From Octopus bimaculoides (lineage: Eukaryota): a stretch of 47,620 nucleotides of DNA. The stretch covers positions 41,666,002-41,713,621 of the forward strand of contig NC_068997.1 of assembly GCF_001194135.2 (NCBI RefSeq), read 5' to 3'. A program made the translations under genes and the position numbers. Position 1 is the stretch's first letter, and each line of letters opens with the position of its first letter. Under the pieces are notes generated by a model. It searched no databases. It saw nothing but the letters and a program-made list of their open reading frames with translations, and was not told the origin of the DNA. Shown here in pieces: positions 36,351-47,620 of the stretch.

Positions 36351-36502
36351 AAGCAATTATGTAATCCTGATAGTAATATGGAGAAACGAGTGCAGATTTT
36401 ATAAAGCACAAGATACTATATATGCTTTCTGTAATTTATTATTACTATGTATGTATGTATGTATGTATGTATGTATGTATGTGTGTGTGTGTGTGTGTGT
36501 AT

Positions 36503-36866
36503 AGCCTAATTTCTGAAGATTGGTATTTAGGTAGTGTATTACATATCCCATAGTCCCAATAATTACAGGCATATACCTGAACTTAAAATCTGGATAGAGT
36601 AACTCTAGATTTCTCAATAGTTCAGCATAGGTGTTCTCTTTTTCACTGATCTTCAGCTTTATGTTACCATCCGCTGGGCAGCTAATTTCCACAACTGTGC
36701 ACAGTCTCTCTTCTCTATCCCAAATCATCATATCATGTCTGTTGTACTTACATTTTACTAGGGTCTTCACTTGTACATTCCACCAGTATTCCTTTTTATT
36801 ATGAGTGGATATGGCTTCTACCTATTGTGAGTTCTAATTTCGTTGTCCTCGGGATTATTCTCCAAC
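36503..36866 (-). mobile_element. RLE LINE fragment (ATAC-associated subfamily), copy 2
   Basis: The ORF reads RHDMMIWDREERLCTVVEISCPADGNIKLKISEKENTYAELLRNL...PVIIGTMG; (GTAT)n tracts lie on both sides. Confidence 0.9.
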
Positions 36867-36917
36867 GGATTTCGTTATGTATGTATGTGTGTGTATGTAT
36901 GTATGTATGTATGTATG

Positions 36918-36948
<31 letters not shown>

Positions 36949-37104
36949 TAATACAAATAATATGCGATACGCCATTATTCAGTTTTATTTCAAGAGTTCT
37001 TGCCAAATAGAAAAACAGTTGGTTTCTAACCCAGATCCAAGGCTTCTTCATTAGAATTTCAACATCAACTGGGTATTTTTGTATGCATGTAAGTATGTAT
37101 GTAT

Positions 37105-37620
37105 GTATGTTTATATGCAGATTTGCTTGTTTTATTTTATATATGTATTCTCATGCATATGGTTGCATGCCGAGACATGCTCATATATACTTAAATGATA
37201 AATTGCTGGCAAGTTTTACAGTTCCAGTGATGGCTTAGATCTGTAGTCTTCAAATCACTCCTTTCTGGTTTTGAGAAGCCTAATTTCTTAAGATTGGTAT
37301 TTAAGCAGTGCGTTACATATCCTCGTGTCCCAATAATTACAGGTATAAGACTGAACTTTATAGATAGAGTAACTGTAGGTTCCTCAATAGTTCAGCGTAG
37401 GTATTTTCTCTTTCGCTGATCTTTAGCTTTATGTTAACATTCGCTGGACAGCTGATTTCCACAATTGTACAGTTTCTCTTCCTAATCCCCAATTACTATG
37501 TCAGGTCTACTATGTTTACATTTTTCTGAGATTTGCACTGGGACATTCCACCAGTACTCCTTTTTATTATGAGAGGTTATGGCTTCTCTCATACTGTAAG
37601 TTCTTATTTCTTTGACCTCA
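37105..37620 (-). mobile_element. RLE LINE 3' end (ATAC-associated subfamily), copy 3
   Basis: Translates to EYWWNVPVQISEKCKHSRPDIVI...CTIVEISCP...KISERENTYAELLR; the 3' UTR runs into (ATAC)n on the element strand. Confidence 0.9.
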
Positions 37621-37843
37621 AGGTTATCCTGCCGAAGGATCTCATTATGCAGTGTACTAGCTACAACATTGTTTGTTTGTATGGATGGATGGATGGATGG
37701 ATACTCGGCATGTATATATGTATGTATGCGTATGTGTGTATGAATGTATGCATTTGTGTATGTTTCAACCCAATATTTACATGCTATTATTTATAGCTTT
37801 ATCATCTGCTTCTTGTGTGTGTCTGTGTCTGTGTCTGTGTCTG

Positions 37844-37885
<42 letters not shown>

Positions 37886-38296
37886 ATCTGCCTATGAAGG
37901 ACTACATTTTCTAATACGGACTTTCCTAATTTAAGACATTCGTGTATAATTCATTAGAGTTTTGGCTGCGGTTTTCAGCAGATAGATCGAATATGCGCCA
38001 GCAAGCTGTTTAACCGGATCATCTATCAATGAACAATTTTCCAATTTTCCGTCTCCCTTCGCTCTCCTTCTGCTCCCTTCGCACTTCTTTTCTCTAAACT
38101 CTCCTTGTCTCTATACACTCCTTCCTTTCCACTGACATATTTCCTATTATCTTATATAACTACGAAAAAGCAGCCTAGTTCACCAGTCGCGTTCAGCGAC
38201 GTTATAAGTTTTGACTTACAGATGATGATAGAAGGTGGAAGGATATTCGGCTACATATACATATATCGGCACGTTAACATCATCATCATTATTATT

Positions 38297-38512
38297 GTCG
38301 ATTTCAAATTTTGGCACAAAGCTAGAAATTTTGGGGGTAGGGGCTATGTCGATTACATCGAACCCAGTACACAACTGGTACTTGCTTTATCGATCCCGAA
38401 GGAATGAAAGGCAAAGTGGAACTCGGCGGAATTTGAACTCAGAATGTGAAGATGGACGAAATACCGCTAAACATTTCACCCAGCGTGCTAACGATTCTGC
38501 CATCTTACCGTC
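38297..38512 (-). mobile_element. SINE family 2 copy
   Basis: Full reverse-complement match to 38763-38977. Confidence 0.92.
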
Positions 38513-38762
38513 TTCATCATTATTATTATTATTATTATTATTTTGGGTTTGACTCGGGTTCTGTTTTAGTCCTGATAGGATTTATGTGGGTAGCGTGTTA
38601 CTGCCTGTAACCTTAGGTACCCACAAGTTTTCAGTAGACTTTCAAGTGCTTAGAACCCTCCTGAAAATCGTTGCTGTTCCTAAGAGACAAACTTTTTGCA
38701 GGAGCTCTACAGCGTAATCTTTTCCAATCTCATTTAGCCATTTGTCTATGTTTTTGCTTACT

Positions 38763-38976
38763 AAGGCGGCGAGTTGGCAGAAACGTTAGCATGCCGGGCG
38801 AAATGCTTAGTGGTATTTTGTCTGCTGCTACGTTCTGAGTTCAAATTCCACTGAAGTCGACTTCGCCTTTCATCCTTTTAAGGTCGATAAATCAGCTACC
38901 AGTGAAACATAGGGATCGATGTAATCGACTAGTCTCCTACCCCAAAATTTCAGCCTTTGTGCCTATAGTAGAAAGG

Positions 38977-38977
<1 letters not shown>
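38763..38977 (+). mobile_element. SINE family 2 copy
   Basis: Head AAGGCGGCGAGTTGGCAG, core and (TTA)n tail. Confidence 0.93.
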
Positions 38978-39018
<41 letters not shown>

Positions 39019-39020
<2 letters not shown>

Positions 39021-39232
39021 GGCGGCGAGCTGACTGAATTGTTAGCACGCCGGGCGAAATGCTTAGTGGCATTTCGTCCGTCTTTACATTCTGAGTTCAA
39101 ATTCCACCGATGTCGACTTTACCTTTCATCTTTTCGGGGTTGATAAATTAAGTACCAGTTGCGTACTGAGGTCGATCTAATCGACTGGCCCCTCCCCCAA
39201 AATTTCTGGCCTTGTGCCTAGAGTAGAAAAGA
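39019..39232 (+). mobile_element. SINE family 2 copy, directly after the previous copy's (TTA)n tail
   Basis: Head AAGGCGGCGAGCTG, core and (TTA)n tail. Confidence 0.93.
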
Positions 39233-39246
39233 TTATTATTAATATA

Positions 39247-39279
<33 letters not shown>

Positions 39280-39639
39280 GATATATATAATGTCGACCAA
39301 CTGATATGTGTTTTAAAATAGCATTTAAGAAAACTTTAATATGTAATTTTTTGATAATTAAACAGCCCATAGCCGAAATATTTTATTACTGGTTAAGAGC
39401 AGCTTCATTAAGTTATCCTTTGAAGTGTTGCTTAATTATATCTTATAAATGGCACCGTTTAAAAGCAAAGGCAAAATATAGGAAAACATTCACGGTAGAA
39501 AGTTCTCATAATATATTGATTTTTTACTGCTGTTTAGTAAAGTTTTTTTAAGTTGGCAATTGATATTTGATAAGAAAATCAATAAACTGGTAAGAAAATA
39601 ATCGACCTGTGTTTCAAATAGAGCTTCTCACAATTGCTG

Positions 39640-39802
39640 TGGTTGTTGTTATAATTGTTGTTGTTGTTGTTGCTGTTGTTGTTGTTATTGCTGCTGCTGC
39701 TGCCGCTGCTGTTACTGCTGCTGCTGCTGCTATTTCTGTTGTTGGTGTCGTTGTTGCTGTTGCTGACTGATTATGTTGTCGTTGATGATGATGATGATGA
39801 TA

Positions 39803-39876
<74 letters not shown>

Positions 39877-39890
39877 AATGGCGGCGGTGG
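39640..39890. repeat. (GTT/GCT)n-(GAT)n compound microsatellite
   Basis: Read directly. Confidence 0.95.
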
Positions 39891-39896
39891 AGTGGT

Positions 39897-40230
39897 CTTA
39901 TTTAACTCGAGGTTGACGTTGATCAAGAAAACTTATGATCAAATTTTTTCATTTGCATTTCTTTAAGACGTGAAGCTGTGATTTGAGGGATATTTAGTTA
40001 CTATTTCTAGCAAGTGGAGGCAACGAGCGGAACTTCTAATCTGTGGATTGGTCTCCTAGGAATAGCAACCTGGCCTACGTCAAAACCGTATACTTCAGTC
40101 TTGAAAAAGAAAATATCAGTTTAGTCTGAAGTGCACAATTCCAGAAAAACAAGAGATGAGACGGCTATGGCTAGACTGCCTTTGATCATAGTCTGCACGA
40201 TCAGGGCTGACTTGGAGGTTAAATACTAAC
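39897..40230. repeat. Family C copy with imperfect terminal inverted repeats
   Basis: The left end TATTTAACTCGAGGTTGACGTTGATC...TTATGATCAAA resembles the reverse complement of the right end TTTGATCATAG...GATCAGGGCTGACTTGGAGGTTAAATA. Confidence 0.55.
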
Positions 40231-40379
40231 AACAGATATACAGACAAGTGAACAAGGGAGCCTTATGTGGTCGCTCGACCTGCTAGAAATAAAAATCAAA
40301 TCTCCCTCAAATTATACCTGAGCAGAGTCCCAGATTAGGAATCGTTAAATAAAGTGGTCTTGAACTGCGATTAGCAAAA

Positions 40380-40640
40380 TAAAGGTTCGGTCGGCCGGTC
40401 TCGGCACCTATACCTTTGATCGTGGGCCTTTTCTCTTGAACGAAGACTCATCCAGTGATAGACACCGACGACCACGATAGTTAACGATCGTTAGCGACTC
40501 GACTCACCAACGTGTCAGGTAATGCCTGTGAGGGTGCTTGGCTGTTCCAATGCCTCGGCCTTGCCATCGCCCGTGGTAATGCCGTAAGTGTGTAGGCTCC
40601 GCTAAACCTTGTGATGTGCGATGAATTAATGCACTTCGTG
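40380..40640 (+). mobile_element. CRE-clade-like LINE 3' end
   Basis: The frame RLTNVSGNACEGAWLFQCLGLAIARGNAVSV* (stop at 40593-40595) resembles the CRE C-terminal motif xLFQRLSxAxxRGNAxS as I recall it. Confidence 0.7.
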
Positions 40641-41260
40641 TTCAACTGATCTTTCTTTTCTTTGTCTCTTCTTTCTTCCTCTTTTTCTTTTGTTTTCTTT
40701 CTTCGTACATGTGTGTGTCTCCTTCAGTTTTGAATTTGTATTTGGAAGTGGTTTTGTATCATACATGCATTATATTCATACATGTTCTATATATGATTAC
40801 TAAATTCAAATCTTAATTTTCATGGAATATATATAAAATAAAAGTTTTTTTTTTCTTCCACTATAATTAAGCGCCATCTGGAAACAGAACCGACAAATGG
40901 CAATACTTTTTTAAACTGGACGATATTGTATTTTTTTTTAGCTAATTTTTTTAGCTAATTTCTGGCTAATTTAAAAATTTAATTGCTAAAGATAAGAATC
41001 TTATTGAATGAGTAAATTGAAACCAGCATCTAGGCTATACGTATACATAAGCGTGTGTGAGTGTATATGTATCTGTGTGTGTCTGTGTCTGTCTGTCTGC
41101 CTGTGTGTTTGTGCGTGTATGTGCACGATTGTATATATGTGTGAGTGCATCTTTGTATATGTGTGCGTGTGTGTGTATATATATACGAGTGTGTGTGTAT
41201 GCACGTGTGCGTGAGTGTGTATGTGTGTGTGTATTGTGCAGGTGTGTGTGCGCGCGCGTA

Positions 41261-41716
41261 TCTTTTATATTATCACTTACATGTTTCAGTCATTGGATAG
41301 CGGCCATGCAGGGGCACCGCCTCAAAGGGTTTCATTCCAATAAATCGACCCTAGTATTTATGTCTTTTTTGCTTTTGTGTTTTGAGACTCATTCTATTGT
41401 TTCCTTTCGCCGAACCGCCACATTATGGGGACCAATTACAAAACATTATCGGTTATCAAGTGGGGAAGAGGAACAAACACAGGCAGAAAGGCACACACAC
41501 ACACACACACACGCACGCACACACACACACACATACATATGTGTGTATGTGTATATATGACAGACTTCCATGCAGTTTTCGTCTACCAAAATCACTTACA
41601 AAGCAGTAATCGGCCCGGGCTATAGTAGAAGATACTTACCCGAGGTGCCGCGCAGTGGAGCTGAACCTGAAACTACGAAGTTGCAAAGCGAGCTTCTTAA
41701 CCACACAGCCATGCTC
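41261..41716 (-). mobile_element. SINE family 1 copy
   Basis: GTTTCAGTCATTGG, TTTCGCCGAACCGC, GGGCTATAGTAGAAGATACTTACCCGAGGTGCCGCGCAGTGG and CTTAACCACACAGCCATG are present. Confidence 0.9.
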
Positions 41717-41719
41717 GTA

Positions 41720-42503
41720 CAACATTCTGAAAACACATAAATTCATCAAATGCAAAAAGCAACACAAATCGCTGAAGAGACTTCTAAAAAATGCGAAGCT
41801 TTACACAACAACCACGAAACCAATGGTTAAAAAATGTGGACGTCCAAACTGTGGAACATGCCCCAACCTGTTGGAAGCTACAATTAAAACCAACTTCCCT
41901 TGTGCTTCCGAGAATCTAATTTATGTTATAGCTTGTTCAGGTTGTGGACATAACTATACAGGACAGACAAGTAAGGCACTTGGACGGAGAACAACAATAC
42001 ATAAGGAACATATCCGTTTTCCACAGCACAGACAGATTCCTTTGAGTGAACACATAGAGAGTTGTGCAGGTAATATCCAACCAAACTTCATAGTTTCCCC
42101 ATTCTACCAGTGCAAAGAAACAATTTCTGTACAAGAACGTTTAATTAAAGAAAATTTATATATCGAAAAATACAGAACACGCCTAAATATGAACGCATAA
42201 CCAACTTTGGTCTCAGTATATATTTCACTTCATGATCACATATACATCACTAAATATTTCATTTCACTACTTTAGCTTCGAGTTCTTGTATATTTATTTA
42301 CGCCCCTCCCACCACCCCCAATGAGCAATTACCTCTCCTATCCCGAATAATAGCGATCACCATAGATTTTTCTACCAGTTGATTCATTTCATTCACAAAC
42401 ACCCATACACAACATGAACTAAAATACGAAATTACAATAATTTTAGTATCATGATTAGCGAAAGCGAAACCGGTCGACAAACACAATACCCTTTCACTTA
42501 TAA
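41720..42503 (+). mobile_element. Penelope-like element 3' end: GIY-YIG endonuclease fragment and putative pLTR
   Basis: The ORF to the stop at 42200 has CGRPNCGTC...CASENLIYVIACSGCGHNYTGQT...RRTTIHKEHI...LSEH...ERLIKENLYI, i.e. the GIY-YIG hairpin, Arg, His and catalytic Glu plus the PLE Cys/His motifs. The ORF-track N-terminus comes from the SINE. Confidence 0.88.
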
Positions 42504-44089
42504 NNNNNNNNNNNNNNNNNNNNNNNNNNNNNNNNNNNNNNNNNNNNNNNNNNNNNNNNNNNNNNNNNNNNNNNNNNNNNNNNNNNNNNNNNNNNNNNNN
42601 NNNNNNNNNNNNNNNNNNNNNNNNNNNNNNNNNNNNNNNNNNNNNNNNNNNNNNNNNNNNNNNNNNNNNNNNNNNNNNNNNNNNNNNNNNNNNNNNNNNN
42701 NNNNNNNNNNNNNNNNNNNNNNNNNNNNNNNNNNNNNNNNNNNNNNNNNNNNNNNNNNNNNNNNNNNNNNNNNNNNNNNNNNNNNNNNNNNNNNNNNNNN
42801 NNNNNNNNNNNNNNNNNNNNNNNNNNNNNNNNNNNNNNNNNNNNNNNNNNNNNNNNNNNNNNNNNNNNNNNNNNNNNNNNNNNNNNNNNNNNNNNNNNNN
42901 NNNNNNNNNNNNNNNNNNNNNNNNNNNNNNNNNNNNNNNNNNNNNNNNNNNNNNNNNNNNNNNNNNNNNNNNNNNNNNNNNNNNNNNNNNNNNNNNNNNN
43001 NNNNNNNNNNNNNNNNNNNNNNNNNNNNNNNNNNNNNNNNNNNNNNNNNNNNNGTACTTGAAGTGTAGTTTCATTCCAGTAGTAAATATCCGTGTAAAAA
43101 TCCGTGTAAAGTAATCCTTGTGGGGATAATCCGGAAATAGATGTTGGAGTGAAGGCTGGTACAGCATAGATAGCAGAGGTGAATATATGCCATACTGCGA
43201 TAGATTTTTGCTTGTTTACTTGATGAATGGCCAGAGTCAAGTGAAAAATGAGCGGTAATTCGGTCAAGTCATGAAGACAGAATGTGAAAGGGGATAGAGG
43301 AGAGATAGAGGTTGAGGATGGTAGCGGTATATTTTAATGGTCAGTTGATCTTACAGGATAGAGGGGATGAGCATATAGAGAGAAGGAGGAATGGGGGGGA
43401 TGAGGTTAAAAGGTCTAGTGAGTAGGAAGGAATGCGCGTATGTAGTATATAGGTGGTGGGGGTATGAGTGATAAACCAAGGACAGAGAAAAAGGGAGAGC
43501 TGGGTGGGAAAGATAGTTAGTAGTATCATATTCTAGAATGCAGCCAAACCTATTTATAGACGGTTGAATGGGATTGAAAGAAACGACGTAGTCTGTATGC
43601 GTTGGTGTTGTTGTTGTGAATTAGGGAGTAGAAGAAATAGATTTGGGGATATATATATATGTGGTGATATGATCGAAAGGAAATAATCCTATTCAAAAGA
43701 TGGTAAAAGATGAATGTTTTTGCCATGTTGAATAGGTTGCCTGTGGGGGGTCGTGTGATTATGTTGCGTGATCGTTTGTGCAATTTTGCTTGTGATAGAA
43801 CTTAAATGTGTGGAAAGAGCGGTGATTGCAGTTGCTAAACGCTTCGTTATATCGATTAAGTAGAGTGGGAGAATTGTATTTTAAAATATGGAACGCCTCC
43901 ATTAGGCAAAGCTTGCAGTTAGAGCGCTGACCTCTCCCCTTTCCTCTTTCTGACGAAAAGTCATGCTCGAAACGTCACACGCTCTCTTCTTTTTTTTTTC
44001 ATCTTCAACTGAGCGTAAACCTAATACGTTCGCTGTGTACATCCTTTTGACTTTTGTTGTTTTTGTTTTTATTTTTGATTTGCCTACAT

Positions 44090-44215
44090 ATATATGTATG
44101 TATTTATGTATGTATTATGTATGTACGTATGTTTGTATGTGTGTATGCATGCATGCATATATGTATGTGTGCATATATGTATGTATGTATGTATGTATGT
44201 AGTTTATTAGCAAAA
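44090..44215. repeat. (GTAT)n degenerate microsatellite
   Basis: Read directly. Confidence 0.9.
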
Positions 44216-44858
44216 TTTTCCTTGGTGTCTACTTTTTCACACAGTATGCAAGTTTGAATAATTTGCGTTACTTCATGTTTATGAATCTGATCCAGCAAAG
44301 TGTGTCTTGTGCCGACAGTTCCGCCCAAGAAGCAGCAATCTTGCCGAAACGTTTGGTAGGAATTACAACTGATGAAATTTTGTTGATGAAAGTAAGATTG
44401 GGATGTTATTACAGTTCTATCTAATTCATTAATATTCATTGGCAATTTATTTCATTGCAATACGGATATTTATCATTTTTACTGCTGCTCTAGGTTGTCT
44501 ACCACGCCCTACAACAGAATTGTTGTTGTTGTTATTGTGTGCTACTGCGACTGCAGTGGCTACTACTGCTGCCGGCTGTTGCTGCTGTTGTTGTTACGCT
44601 TGCTGTTATCGTTGATTTCTAGCCTACAAGTCAGCCTTAATTGAGCAGATCTATGATGAAAGCATTCTAATCCTGATTTTCTCTAGATCTAGAACTATCA
44701 TTATTTCATACGTCCTCATCTTGATGTAGCAGGCTCTTTTCAGAATCGTTCCAACCACAAGTATTTCAGATTTTTCTTTTTTTTTTTCTTTTTTTTTTCT
44801 TTTTTCGTATTTTCTCCACTGATGTAGCTATGCATGCTGATGACGACAATCATGTTTC

Positions 44859-45126
44859 TGGAATCTAAAAACAGAAACAATTCCTATCATAGTAGGTGCC
44901 TTAGGTATAATAAAAAAATATTCAGACAAATACATAACAAAAACACCAGGACTTACAAATATATATAACATACAGAAAATTGCACTACTGGGTACTGCAC
45001 ACATTCTACGCAAAACACTTTCAATACAGTAAACATAAGAGCACCACAGCAAACCACAGCACATACCCAAGGCGCACAGAGCTGCGCTCGGTAGTGAAGT
45101 GAAAGCACGTTATAAAAATAAAACTA

Positions 45127-45165
<39 letters not shown>
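44859..45165 (+). mobile_element. Dong/R4-like LINE extreme 3' end with (AAT)n tail
   Basis: WNLKTETIPIIVGALGIIKKYSDKYITKTPGLTNIYNIQKIALLGTAHILRKTLSIQ* (44859-45032), followed by a ~95-nt UTR and (AAT)n. Confidence 0.92.
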
Positions 45166-45166
45166 T

Positions 45167-45283
<117 letters not shown>

Positions 45284-45289
45284 ATAAAT

Positions 45290-45805
45290 GCCCTGATGCA
45301 GTACCAGGCAGTGGTTCTCATGGCTTCTGATCTTAAATGATTGGAAGTGTTATCATGTATATTGTTTTGTCTTGGTATAAAAGATGGGCTACGGCAAATA
45401 TTCTCCTTAACACCACAGATATGCTTGTCAGTTGTTTGACCATAACCGGTTGACCATGTCCTTTTGTGACGATATGTCCATCTCTGAGCACGAGCAGAAG
45501 TAGTGGGGGAGCATCATAGCCATGTGTTGGGAGGAATTCTTTGGTGTTTGGATAATTCACCTTTGGAAACATGGGTGTTTTGCTCAACATCCTTAAACAA
45601 CCCTTATTCAGAGACCTTTTGAGCGGGATGGGCTACTCAACCTGAAGAAAATTCTAACTGAGCCTTACCTACAAACTCATGCGCTATTTATCTTGATAAG
45701 AGATCGCCATGTCGCGCACACGTTGTTGTGATGCATGTGCCTGGAATACCCTTATCAGACGAGTAGTCATGATGTGTATACTGGGCTTCATATATTTTAC
45801 CCCAA
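45290..45805. repeat. Dispersed repeat family D, longer copy
   Basis: Collinear with 20180-20595 and the reverse complement of 16225-16380. Confidence 0.9.
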
Positions 45806-45879
45806 TTTCGGACATACCCGTCTGACAGCACATCCGTGCTTGTAGAGTTTATCTTGAACCATTAGCGCCCCCACCCCAC

Positions 45880-47620
45880 CCCGGTAGCGCTACCGGGTCA
45901 AGGACATCTGGAAATTATTCATGATAGTTCCCGCTTGGAAAGTCCTCTGGAACAGACTAGCCAGTTCGTTCTTGTCGGCCCCCAGAGTCTCCCCGAGAAC
46001 GTCGTCGCACTTACCCGCCACTAAAGCTCTACAAATTTCTAAAGTAGAACATCCACTGATCCCATTGTCTGACTGGTAGAAGACCATGTGCACCTGACGA
46101 CATTCTAGGTGCCAGACACTAAGTCTCGGTCTTTTCTTCACCCAGGACTGCAACTCCGTCAAGGAAATGAGCTGCGGAAAGACGAGCCTCACAAACGGAG
46201 CCCAGATACGCTCACCATTCAGAAATCGTTGCAGGTGGCGCAACCTAAGAGTGTGACTGCGCATTAGGAGCCACGCTATATCTAATCCGCCACTTTGAGG
46301 ATGCTGGCAACACACTGACCGCCTGACCATTGGAACACGACCCTCAAGAATTTAAATGAGAGACGTTCCTACCTGGTCAAGCAATACTGGGACAAGACAC
46401 AACGTTCAGGCGATAAATGATAACGGAAGCAATGTAAGCATTCGCCACCTATGCCCGACTTTTCAGGGATAGCTTCCTCTCAGCCCATTTCTGGGTAAGA
46501 CTGGCCACCTTGGTCGCCACCTCGTCCCAGTTCTTATCAACCTGGAGGTCGGAACCAAATCAGACCCCGAGTAGTTTAACTGGCCCGTCGGTCCAGCGTC
46601 CGATGACGCCGTCCGACAGCATCGTCCTGCATCTCCAAGAGCCCAACCGAAAATCCACCGAGTTGTCGGTGTTGATTTTCGCCCAGCAACCGACTCACGT
46701 TCCCTTGGGATGATGCCGACCGTCTTCACGTCGCAGGCATCCGACACCATGACGGTGACGTCGTCCGTGTATGCCGGCACTGCCCTTCCTTGTCCCAGTT
46801 CGAAAGGGATGTCTCTTAGCTGTCCCAACTTTCGCAGTAGTGGAACGGGTGCCAATACGTACAGACGAGGCGACAGAGGGCAGCCCTGACGGACCAAGCA
46901 TGCAATGCCAAACAGCTCTGATAGGTGACTGTTTACTTTGACCACTGAACAGGTGCTGCTGTGCATTGCAACGATCCTACCTATGAAAACGGGTCTGAAA
47001 CCGCCTACTTTCAGGACGGCTTCCAAGTAGCGATATCCAAGGTCGACTCTATCGAATGCTTTTGATTGATCCAAATTGATCAGCGAACCCCCGAAGCTAG
47101 CTTTGGTCCCAGGCCTCTCTATAATGTATCGCATAAGGTGGAGGGTGTCGTGGATAGACCTGCTAGGGATTGCACACTTTGCGCTTCTCTGACCAGGCTA
47201 CCGAAGACAAGTGCCAGCCTTTTCACTAACACTTGGACCAAAATCTTAAACTCAATGTTTAACATTGAGTTATGGACCGAAAATTCCTTAGTACGTCCCC
47301 ATTGTCGGCGTCCTTCCTCAGCAGTGTCACCACACCTCTGCTAACAGCACTAGGAATTCTCCTGTTCTGTTGCCAGTTGCGGTAGACGTCTGTCAAGAGG
47401 TTGCCAAACAAATCTGATATGAATACATAGAATTCATAGGGCAGAGCATCCAAATCGAACGATCTGCGACTTGTGCAATCACTCATCGCCTCCTAAATTT
47501 CGGCGGCCGTTATCGGCCTTTCACATAACCTAGCGTCAGCTGCCGAGAGCTGCGGCAAGCCATCCAGGCACGAACTAAAATCCTGTGCTGTCTTTGACCC
47601 ATCGCCCGCCCTCTCTATCC
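45880..47620 (-). mobile_element. Tx1/L1-clade LINE ORF2 fragment (RT and downstream region), runs off the window
   Basis: LINLDQSKAFDRVD, VRQGCPLSPRLYVL, YTDDVTV and VRRSVCCQHP...GGL are present; the copy is frameshifted and markedly more GC-rich than its flanks. Confidence 0.92.

Noticed and set aside
44215-44460. Fourth (ATAC)n-associated RLE copy
   Set aside because: It abuts (GTAT)n with the same polarity, but I could not align it to copies 1-3, so it is not counted as evidence.

Overview
This is AT-rich, intron- or intergenic-like eukaryotic DNA with eight N-gaps (538-1296, 9703-10566, 13056-13658, 17229-17423, 23834-23879, 26023-26468, 32536-33119, 42504-43053). The two dominant tRNA-headed SINE families and the very high microsatellite load match my recollection of octopus (coleoid cephalopod) genomes; that assignment is an inference and was not searched. 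No host gene, rRNA, tRNA or CRISPR array can be supported, and nearly all ORF-track entries are microsatellite, gap or antisense artefacts. The window is mostly decayed mobile elements: several R4/Dong-like RT plus restriction-like endonuclease (RLE) LINE fragments, a CRE-like 3' end, a Tx1/L1-clade LINE, Penelope-like RT and GIY-YIG fragments with hammerhead-like motifs, and a Tc1/mariner MITE. Four observations are not explained by that inventory. (1) One RLE LINE subfamily recurs embedded in (ATAC)n tracts with constant polarity, a candidate microsatellite-targeting retrotransposon. (2) Two long diverged inverted duplications lie at 1370-3773 and about 12640-14070. (3) Two inverted LINE segments sit 574 and 576 nt from their partners. 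(4) A tandem E-box, TATA box and splice donor cluster at 34702-34816. All alignments and identities were done by eye and are approximate.
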